Origin: Laetmonice hystrix
Taxonomy: Eukaryota
Length of the DNA: 64,000 nt
NCBI GenBank assembly: GCA_965235115.1
Contig: OZ249445.1
Coordinates: 2,976,001-3,040,000, forward strand
Direction: 5' to 3'
Part shown: piece after piece, positions 8,903 to 20,327 of the stretch
Layout: every line of letters starts with the position of its first letter
How positions within the stretch are numbered: the first letter of the stretch is position 1
Position numbers and translations under genes: made by a program
The notes under the pieces: model-generated
The model's database searches: none
The model's input: the letters and a program-made list of their open reading frames with translations, nothing else
Told to the model about the DNA's origin: nothing

Positions 8903-11900
8903 ATACGATTCCCATACCTGAACACTGCCAAGACTATATAAAGTTTGGTAAGAATTATTTTGTGGTAGAAACCGAACTCCAACTTGAGCATCCTTAATGG
9001 TGGATCAACCAAAAGTCATTGTAAAATTCAGAAATGTGGGTCAGAGAGTGATTGGGCGAGGCGGCGATCTGTAAATACCCATGTATAAACAAGAGATGGG
9101 ACGGACGATGGTGGATGTGGAGGGGAGGATCCTGTGAACACACATGGCACCCAGGCTTTGTTCAAACACACCTGATAACCAAGCCAGGTGAGTACACTCC
9201 ACAGCTGTGGATGACATTTACCCCCGTCCCCCACCCCACCCACCACCCCACCCACTGCTACCATCATCATGCCTAGTAACATTGTTCACAAATGTTCCAT
9301 TATTAACAGTATACATGAACATCACCACCTCGAGGAGATGACATTTAACGACTACTTCCCGACTGACATTCAGTCATCCTGACCATAAGTCTCGTGTTTT
9401 CCACTCTCTGCCAAAACCCGGCGATGATCGTAATCTTTGACAGCTTTGGTCCCTTGTCTGGCTTCATTAGGACCAGGGTATGGCAGGCGTTGTGTCCGTT
9501 TGACGTGTTTCGTTACGTGTCTGCGGTCGGATCATGGATCCAGATGGCCTCCTTCAACACATGTGAATAAAAGTACTGATACATATCGGCAGTGTTCAGC
9601 GTGGTGCCGTGGCTGATAACATCTCAACCAGGAGCCTCCACACCTCCTGTCTCTTCAACACCGACAGTCAGTGTTTGCCATCATAAACCGACCTCACACA
9701 CCTCACAGTACACGCCTGTCAACAGCAACGAAAACTGAACATTACAATAACCTATAACAGTTCTTTTGCCTTTTGCTGCTGAGAGACAAAGGCCGAAAAT
9801 AAATATACCATTTTTGTCACTGATGTACACCTCATAGAGTGACTGGGCGCTTGTTGACAGTTGATCCTACCCAAGCTCACTCTCAACACTCCACGTGGAG
9901 CTTGTTCTATCCCAGCGTAACTTCAAGCTGCTTCACATTCTAACCTCTCAAAGCTCATTGCCATGACGTAAAGACGACCTGAGCTCAAGAGTGCACAGCA
10001 TAAAATGATGGTGAAAGGGACGTTTATAGAGGCTGTCTCCGACCAGTTTACATAGCTACTGATCTATGTGAACCATGAATGCCCCTAATGACGGCTAGAT
10101 ACCCGCCTACGGTAAGCTCTTGTCAGGACTCCTTAAAGCATCTTATCATGTCCCAGACAATCTGACGACGGCAGACCGGCGGTAAGTACCTCCTGCCGGC
10201 TGCCCACTTCCCCCATCACACTCCAATCGGGGTGATACCTTTTTCATAGGTTAATATCATGCTTAAAACGAAGGGGTAACCTAATCAGGGTGTGCCCCTC
10301 GCATAGCTAACCCCTCTTTTTCTGCCATTGAACATTTCAGCCCAGTCCCAGGCACTGAGGGACACGTCAATACGCTAATCAGTTCATTTCATCATTTAGC
10401 AAACTAATACACATACTCCCCCGGAATATGATGGAATCACCGATATAGCTAGGAGAGTTACAAGATAACTTCCTTCCTTATCGCCCTAGTGCCTCGCTTA
10501 TCGGGAGAACAATCAGAATTATTTCAAAGAAGTTTAAATGAGTCCAGATGTTGAAGTCTTGACAACCTGCCACTTAGGTTAATAGGCGGGCTGCCCAGGC
10601 CTGACAGGCCTGCTGAAAAATGACAAGCATGTTAAACAGGTGGCACTGAGTGCTAATTTCGCGGCGCGCTGAATTAAAAACCTCCTTTCTTAACAGTCAC
10701 CTCTTGGTTCCTTCAGGATATGTTGATAAGGAAGTTGTTATTAGGTGGAATTGGCGGGGACCGGTTGATGTAATATGCCCGGCCCCTATGATGGATTGAC
10801 CAGTCCTGGAATATTGGGAACAGAGAGGGTATGTGCCCAGTGTGGTTCTGCATATCAGCGGTCAGACTTTGGGCCTGAACTTATCCCACTCTCTCCCTGC
10901 TGATTCCAAAAGCACCAGGGCCCAGCCAATATATGACATTTCCATAAAGCCGTGTGTGTGTGGTGTTGTTTTACCAAATGATAACCCTCGGATCACCGAC
11001 TGCGAAATACATCCACACAGAGGGCATGAAACGTAGGGGGAACATGGAAACTATACTTCAACACCACAGACATGATTAGGCATTGTGCAGGGAGGATACA
11101 TACAAACTGCAGGCAATGATCTCCCCTCACAACCTCACCAACTTGTAGCGCATGCTTGGGAACGAAAGACGGAGGAGGCTGGTAGAGATGAAACAAGGAC
11201 TGAAAGTGAAGGTCGAGGCAGGACCATACATCTGGCATTCCGAGCAGGAAGATACCGGTACACTGCACCAATGTAACAATTAACACCAAATCCTTACTTG
11301 CCCTTCCCTAGCCTTCCTCACGATGCCATTTCTCTTACACGCTGCAAGTATACAGGAGAGAGCATCAGCTACTTCATGCTGCACGTCGACAAGTCAGCTG
11401 TACTTCAGTCCAAACTCTGGGAACGACTACTCTGGCTCAGCGCACACATGAAGCGATCACAATGTGTCAGTGTATAATCACCCTCCCTTTTACCGACTTC
11501 AGTAAGGATCAATGGAGGAACACACTAAATAGACCGAGGTGATAAAGGCTTATGGCGTCATCCGTTTTTTCCTTGCGGAAGGAGGGATCATAAGTGACAC
11601 CAAAAACGAGTAGCATCAATATATAACATCCTAAGAATCAACAAGCGAACACATGCATTGCGCTATGTGTTCAATTCCCCGTCAACTTCACTCACGTTTC
11701 CTTTTCATGACTAGCCGAGATAAAAAATTTATACTCTTATATCGTACACGACCGTGACCAATGGTAGGTGCGAGTAGCGAGGCCAAGCCTCCCTGTACAT
11801 GAAATGTGTACGTACTTGACTCTGACAGCACTGGCCTTCTCCACCGTCATCACAGCCCGTTATCGCTCTTATCACGCTGGCCACTGGAAGGTGTTTGCTG

Positions 11901-13010
11901 AATAATAAGGTTAGCTATCGGACGGCGTATCGGTGAGCGAGGACGATTTGGACACCTGACGTAGCCATATCAACACTGGCCGACTGATAGCTCGATCTCC
12001 CACACCCACACCCACACCCACACCCGCCCCCTATACCACCTCCACTCTATGCGGCCAATAGATACAACAGCCGGTTAAACTGTTTACTCTACCAATCCCT
12101 CGCCACATCAACAACACAAAGAATGACTCGTGGTAGCAAGAGAAAAACTCTCACATATTTCTGCCCTGATGAATGGTGGCCTCAGACCACCGTCATCTCT
12201 GAATCTTACCGTCCAGCCGTACCTAACTTTGGTCAGAACGTAAAAAGATATGGAACGTATTACTGAGTTTCTGACGGAGAAATCACCTCTGTATTTTGGG
12301 AGAAGGAAGTGAAATTAATTATTTACTGTCCCATGTGACCGGTAATTCCTGCCACTGTCCACATCGTTTTTTCCACGTGAAGAATTTCCTCATTGAATTT
12401 TTAAGATAAATACGCCTGCTGCGATTTCTCCACAAAAAAGTAAATGTCTTTTTTTTTCATTTCTGTCACGTCTTGACAACTCTGAATGAAACGTCTGCAC
12501 TATTCTACGAAACTGAACCCAAAACAAATATCAGTTCGCACTGACAATCGTTTGATAATTTCATGGTTAGAGTTTTTAACTGGATAACCCACAGGGATTT
12601 TTCTTCGCCTGATTCTTTGTTTCGGCCACAGAGTAATCACAGCCGTGTTTAACGAGTTCTTTGCATGACTTGATGGGTGCCCCTCCCCTTCCCACCGGCT
12701 CCGTTCTCTGGGACCCTGACAACTTTAACTCTAAGTGCGGATCACTCTCTCCAGTTTCACCAGCTTGATACGGTAAAAGATCACGGTATCATGTGTAAAT
12801 AGTGACGACAAATAAACTGCTGTCAGTCACCGTCGACAAGGGGGCGGATCGGACACAAGTGTGGTGGGAGGACAGCTGATTTATTTACGTCCAACTGTGG
12901 CTGCTCCAAGCTCTGGCAGGAGTTTCTTATTTGGGAGGACAACCATTTCAAAATGATGATTCACACAAGTTATGAAAGATACACCATCTAATTGATGATC
13001 ATTTATCAGT

Positions 13011-13339
13011 CAGGGTTCCCACAGGTTCGCTATATTGAAATTTCATGACTTCTCCATGACTTTTCCAGACCAAAACTCCCAAATTTCATGACCAATTCCG
13101 GATGAAATTAACAAAATAGAGTAAAATCCCAGAATTGTTCCCTATATAGTACGTTCTGAAACTTTACAATTCAGACCCAATGTGCAGAAACCGAAATGTG
13201 ATTCAGAAGAAATCTCAAATTCCATGACTTTTCCATGACTCCCCCTCGTTTTTCCATTTTCCATGACTTTTCCAGGCCTGGAAAACCAAATTTCATTTTC
13301 CATGACTTTTCATGACTTTTCATGACCGTGGGAACCCTG
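13011..13339. mobile_element. MITE 2 (329 bp), CAGGG-type TIR, 6-bp TSD
   Basis: TIR CAGGGTTCCCAC (13011-13022) / GTGGGAACCCTG (13328-13339). ATCAGT is duplicated at 13005-13010 and 13340-13345. About 9 same-orientation CATGAC subterminal repeats. Confidence 0.9.
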
Positions 13340-14752
13340 ATCAGTGAGCACAAAGTAAATATGTTGAGGTTGATGGGTCAGCCAATTTGAATGACCAGTC
13401 AGGTGAACGCGCTGTTTGTTTGATAATCTTTGTGAGTGATAGAGTATTTCTCCTGTGTTTGCGACACCTGTACGATCGATCTGCCAACTTCTCTGTGTCC
13501 GGACTATAGTCTCACGGTCATGCTAACAAGCGCACCAGGATTACGTAACTAGCGAGTCTGAAAAGCCGCCATGCAGGGGACGAGAGTCTAGCTGTTGCCT
13601 GGATACCAACAACACACGCACATACTGCATACCGATGGATACACTCGAGACCAGGGTCGCCTTGAGGTGGTACCCGACACCTATACATTTACAACTAAAG
13701 CCATTCCGGTGGCTTGGTGCCTGAGGATCATTATCATATCATAATGTAACTTCTGACTTCACACAATGGACACGTCTGTCAACGTACAATTCCACAGTCC
13801 CCTTGTTTATATAACACAGCGTCGGCTGGGTACTAGACAGTTCATCTCTTATAGATGTGAGGCCCTTAGCTTCAATTTTTGCTTTGTACGTAAATTAATA
13901 ATCAAATCCACTGATACGGAGCATGTATTTCAATCCCACCGAGAACCCTCGCCTTTGTCCCTAATTTGTTGTAATTTACTGTTTGGTACGTGTACTTTCT
14001 GCTGAAGTTTTTCTGAAAGGATTAACTGTAATCTATCTCGCTGTCTATGCAGCCCATCGAATACGTATATTTCAAGTAATTCCTTCATTTTAATTGTTCA
14101 GACAATTTGGTCTTCCCGCTGGACCTCGTTGGTCGCCGTGATCCAGGGGAGATGATGAAGATATCAAACAAAAGATTAAAGTATCCATAACAAGAATTCT
14201 TCCACACAAGGAACAAAGCACTCCGTTCCTCTGCCACGCCATCACAGAACTGTTACTAAGCAGCGTTCTGCCGCCACTCATTCACCGGTTTCCATGACTA
14301 CCTTGAGACAGCAGCCCTGACACCAGCATCTCTGATACCCCGCCTGCCCTTGACCCCAGTCTGTGCGATGCAAGCCCTCGCACCATAAATCCTAATGGCA
14401 CAGCTGCCCCAGGTGTGAAATCCAATGCTGCACTAATCAAATACGCCTTGTTAGCTGACCGTGATACCTTAAACCATGGTGAAACAGCCGACAAAACTCA
14501 GTTTTAGGGGTTACCACGGCCACTTTCAATAACTAGATTACATAATTCTCCTCTACTGAAAATTCACACCAAACAAGTCAATCGTGTCATCCTCTATCAC
14601 TAGTCATTGAGATCTATGCTATCACAGCTTGTAAAAACAGACCTTGATCATGCTATTAGTATTAATTAAGGAACTAATTGGCCGTTTAATTAAGGGCATT
14701 ATAATGAAGACGACCAAAACTGTATGATAATATTACGTTAGTAACCTAGCCT

Positions 14753-15938
14753 ATAGTTAGCACATATCACAGACGAGTAGACTAACCTATCTCGCCTGGG
14801 GTTTTATCATCATCATATAGTTAGCACATACCACAGACGAGCAGACTAACCTATCTCGCCTGGGGTTTTATCATCATCATATAGTTAGCACATACCACAG
14901 ACGAGTAGACTAATCTATCTCGCCTGGGGTTTTATCATCATCATATAGTTAGCACATACCACAGACGAGTAGACTAACCTATCTCGCCTGGGGTTTTATC
15001 ATCATCATATAGTTAGCACATACCACAGACGAGTAGACTAACCTATCTCGCCTGGGGTTTTATCATCATCATATAGTTAGCACATACCACAGACGAGTAC
15101 ACTAACCTATCTCGCCTGGGGTTTTATCATCATCATATAGTTAGCACATACCACAGACGAGTAGACTAACCTATCTCGCCTGGGGTTTTATTATCATCAT
15201 ATAGTTAGCACATACCACAGACGAGTAGACTAACCTATCTCGCCTGGGGTTTTATTATCATCATATAGTTAGCACATACCACAGACGAGTACACTAACCT
15301 ATCTCGCCTGGGGTTTTAGTTAGCACATATCACAGACGAGTAGACTAACCTATCTCGCCTGGGGTTTTATCATCATCATATTGTTAGCACATACCACAGA
15401 CGAGTACACTAACCTATCTCGCCTGGGGTTTTATCATCATCATATTGTTAGCACATACCACAGACGAGTAGACTAACCTATCTCGCCTGGGGTTTTATCA
15501 TCATCATATAGTTAGCACATACCACAGACGAGTAGACTAACCTATCTCGCCTGGGGTTTTATCATCATCATATAGTTAGCACATACCACAGACGAGTACA
15601 CTAACCTATCCCGCCTGGGGTTTTATCATCATCATATAGTTAGCACATACCACAGACGAGTAGACTAACCTATCCCGCCTGGGGTTTTATCATCATCATA
15701 TAGTTAGCACATACCACAGACGAGTACACTAACCTATCTCGCCTGGGGTTTTATCATCATCATATAGTTAGCACATACCACAGACGAGTACACTAACCTA
15801 TCCCGCCTGGGGTTTTATCATCATCATATAGTTAGCACATACCACAGACGAGTACACTAACCTATCTCGCCTGGGGTTTTAGTTAGCACATACCACAGAC
15901 GAGTACACTAACCTATCTCGCCTGGGGTTTTATCATCA
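14753..15938. repeat. 64-bp minisatellite, about 19 units, with 563-bp higher-order period
   Basis: Unit ATAGTTAGCACATACCACAGACGAGTAGACTAACCTATCTCGCCTGGGGTTTTATCATCATCAT. Two 51-bp deletion units end at 15317 and 15880. Confidence 0.95.
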
Positions 15939-18900
15939 GATCATGTTATTTTGTGTGAGTCATTATGACAACCCAAACACCCTGGGCGAGGTAGCGCAGT
16001 AGGAAAGGGTGCAAAGAGACAACGTGAGTTGAGGGGAATGTGGGACAATGGAGAACAATGACATGCCATAGTGACAGCAAAGATGATTTCACGAACATGT
16101 GACTGCAATCAACTACTAAAAATAGAAGGCTTCAACATACCACCGGGAGTCTGGGCATCTATAATTAAGAAAAAAACAAAAAAACACAGTTGACACACAG
16201 GAAAAAAACGAGCCAGAATAGTACATGATATAACAATAGCACATGAAAGGTATGATAACAGCAACGCACAATTAAATACGTCTCACTGTAAAATTTTCAA
16301 AGGCAAAAATTTGCGGACAAAAATTAAATGATAATCATTCAACAATGTGAAATTTTATACACATACATCAACAGGAGTATGACAAGAGTATCACAATAAG
16401 ACAATAAGATTGCAAAATATATCCTGCACCATCGAGAACAATTAGGTCCTACTTCTCTATATTTGTATTATGTGAATAAATCAAACACTTCTTGTATTCC
16501 CTTATCTCTATTTGTGTACTTACAAATTGTACGTAATGCCTTTTATATACACATACCAATAGTATTGTCGAAATAAGATGCAGATCTGTTAACTAAGTAT
16601 CAATTTAAGGCACCTCTTGACCTTATTTGTCGATAAACAAATCAGACATGAAGGCATTGCCTGGCCGAGGCCAATCTAGGACATTGAGGACGTCCTAAAT
16701 GAGAATAAACTGTTACAAATCCATACACCGTCTGGCCAGCAGTCGGCCTATTGGAAATCTATTTTCGCGCAGACACGAGCCGACCATATTGGGGTTTGGC
16801 TGCGTGCGTACGGCCCGCCTGTGGCCGTGACGTGAATCTATATATTGGTCAGACCCCAGCCCGGCCCAGTCAGATGAAGTCACACCATTGATAACCTATA
16901 CATGCCGCCTACAATTCTCGGCTTCAAACAAATCCACACACCAAAAATATCCTTGACAAACTACTCTCTTTACAGTATTTAGGCCAGCATAATGTTATAA
17001 TGCAAACATGCTGGATGTGGGTCCGATCGCAGCACACTGGCAGAAACAAAAATTAGAAACCACAGACGTTTAATGATCGAATACAACCAGGCCTGACCTA
17101 GATATCAGTGACTGATTGGAAATCTTTAGGGATGTTGGGTGAGACTCCAGGCATGCATCATATAATCTATACTACAGTATTCATCACTTAGATGTACTCG
17201 GAACTCTTTCATGTTATGATATTGGAAACTCAATACAATGTTGTTCAAAGGAATCATGCTACTGGCATCCAAGAAAGTAGGACAAATGCTTCATGATGTC
17301 TATCTATGGGGCAGCAGTATGGGGCTAAATAAGGGTGTCAATAGGAGGTTATGACCTTGAACTGACCCAACCCTGTCTGTGCCTACCCTTTAACACTGCA
17401 GTCTCCCCTGGTTGTGGCCAACAAGCAATGGTAATCTATGGCCTGCCAAGAAAGCACGCACCACAGACCCAAGTCGAGAAGAGGAAATCTATAGTTAGCA
17501 CAGACTGAAGCGCACAGTCCCTGTGTCAGCAATGCCTCACGTCATCCTAACTTACCCCCACCCCTCTTTGTGAACCCCAGGAGCTGACAGAGCGTCTACC
17601 CGTCTGATTAAGAGGCCAATAACATAATGTAAACAACGGAATTGACCCCGAGACTATAATGGAGCAGGAGCACCCAACATTGGAAATCTATTCTCCTTGG
17701 GAGCCGCTGCTGACCTACTTACGGCTAAGGTTACCGTCATGAGGGGCAGTTGGCCAATGGCATCTAGTCTACGGTGGTTTCGGTGAGCTGACTCCATCAA
17801 AACATTTAGCCCCAGGCTCCAGTCCTCGGTCCTTTACTGTTATGATCTTTATGACCTTTTCAACGATCATTACCATGTAACAGCTGGGCTTTCTGTATGT
17901 CTACCCGGATCCACCACCGTACATGGTGTAATCAGCTTTTATGGCACATGATATTTGCTCTCTTTTTATGCGGAAATGGGGTGGGGAATCAACAGCATAC
18001 TATCTCTTCACCGCTGATGTAACTTTTTGTCAAGTCTCCATCAGTTGACTATAATGTGAAGAGCCGCTTTTAAAAGCATCGCATAGACTACTTCGTACAC
18101 CCGTCATGATGTTAACAAATATGTTTGCAAAACCTCGCATCCTGCAAGCAGGATCAGACTATGCCATAAACTGATGACATGTTAACCTGACCAACAATAA
18201 GTGATGTTAAATAAGTTTGAATGTATAATCCAAGTCTGATGTTTAGATGGTCGGAGACTTGTCTGTTAGTAAACAAACCAGCGGGTAGAAGGCAGGGGTT
18301 GCCAACAACAACCCAGTAGCTTCGCTTTGGCTGCGTTCTCGCTGGTTTCACGCACATTCTCTTGACACAATTACAAAGCCCATCTAGTACATAATGTAAC
18401 ACTACACTTGGGCTGCACCAGCACAGCACAGACGTAAGACATGGGAGAAGCACATGGTATAGGATGTACACAGAACTGACGGTGTACAGTCAGCACTGAG
18501 AGCTCATGTTCTATAGGTTACCACAGTCAAATACTCAACACATCAGAGGGAACGCCTGGCTGGCTGTGCAATTGTCTACACTACCATTCTCATCTACCTC
18601 GAGTTTAAAGTAAAACTCAGGACAAAAAAAATCTAGACTGAGGATTTTTTAAGCCAGGTCTCACGGATGACAAATAATGTAGCGAGTGGATTGCACCAAG
18701 AAGACAGAGTATGGAGGGTATGTGCGGCTGCCGCTGCCGGAGGCTGTGGTTATGGTAGGGGATGGCCTTCCTTCGGGCTACATCAGCATCTGTGACCTGT
18801 GGGGTTTGGCCGAGCTGTCTTTATGTGATCCTGATGTAATACAGGTGCACATCTTCCAAGCACACCTGGCTCTGGCATATATCTGAATCCCTTGTCCCTT

Positions 18901-20290
18901 CACTCCGCGCTGTAAGATGAAAACCTGATTGCGAATAGAGACATACACAGGGCTACCAATAACCCTTTACCTAAACTCGGCCTGATACTAATCAAACTTT
19001 TTATATACTACTAGGTTGCTACAAACGTATCCCTTGAGGCCTCACTGTCTGGGATACAATGAATCCAGATGTCCCCTCGACCCCTCAATGTTTTCAGAGG
19101 GAGGGGGGGGGGGTTGTAAGGGTTCAACAATGTATTTCCCCGTGTGATACACCAGATCTAGAATGGGCTTTAACCTTTCCTCCGGTGCCCTCAGTGAGAG
19201 CACTGCACAGTGCCAGCTGTAGTTGCACAGTGCCAGCTGTAGTTGCAGCAGGACTGCAATGCCCCCAATTGCATATACTACTCGGGTTACAACCTTGCCT
19301 GGGGCTGGCAGAAGCGGGCCAGCAATTCTGCTATGTTTTATCTAACTGCTGCCGTGTGTGGCCCTGGGGTGACAGAGGCAGTGAGCCTGCGTCAGTCACT
19401 CCCTACCAGCTGCTTCAGACCATCACAAAAATGTCGGACTGCCGTGTTCTGTCTTACAGTTCTGCTGGCACAGTGGTGGGCGGTTCGCCAGTCGCACTGC
19501 TGGCCTATTTCTAGTGTTGGGTTTGTATTTCACCACCAAGCTAAGTTATAGGGTCCTCTGCCTGCTGGAAGCGTCCTGAAACTGGGCTAGCGCTGCATGA
19601 GATTGAGACAGGGCAATAGTGTTTGGTGTCTGCTGACAACAATCTCGGCTCGGGCCTCCACTTGGGGCCTTCTATATTGGTAGTAGTATATCAGAAGTGG
19701 CCTCTGACTCGGGGATATCTGGCCGGGAGCGGCTGATGGGTGGGGCGGTGGAGGGGAGGATGGCTGCGGATAGGTGCGGCGCTGGCGCTGGGAGATGAAC
19801 TCTGGTGGGGTCAAAGTGAGGGTCAGAGAGGGTCGGAGCAGGACCCAGGCTGTGACAGTGATCTGATATGTATCAGGTCCCAGCCTGCTGCCTGGCCTGG
19901 GGTGATGGCAGTGGCGGCAGGAGGTGGGGTAGGCGGCGGTGGTAGTGGTGGAGCAGGCAGGCACTGGGGCCGTCCACTGTGCGTGCACGTCAGCAGCACA
20001 CAGTAGGCTGCCTGTGTCCATCCACCCCTGCCCTGCCAACAACCCAGCCCTCCCACCCGTCTTGGAGCAATGCCAGCCACCGCCTCACGTCTCCTATGAT
20101 ACAGCAGAAGGCCCTGGCATCATGGCAACCATGTGATCGGGGCCGGCTGCTGGGGACACAGACCGAGACACCACGTCCCGCTACCCAACTGGTGTGACAC
20201 GATGACACATCCAGACTAGACAACTGTGTACTCTTCAGGGAACCTGCTACCGCATGGTCCTAACCCCACCCCCATCCTTAGATCTAATCC

Positions 20291-20327
20291 GTTGCCATGG
20301 TAACTGAATATATGTTGCCATGGTCAC
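20291..20327. promoter_or_regulatory. Tandem pair of RFX X-box motifs
   Basis: GTTGCCATGGTAAC (20291-20304) and GTTGCCATGGTCAC (20314-20327) match the RFX palindrome GTTGCCATGGCAAC. The motif match is certain; function is untested. Confidence 0.6.

Noticed and set aside
14753-15938. Regularly spaced repeats resembling a CRISPR array (also 32071-33171)
   Set aside because: Units are contiguous with no unique spacers, there are no cas genes, and the context is eukaryotic.
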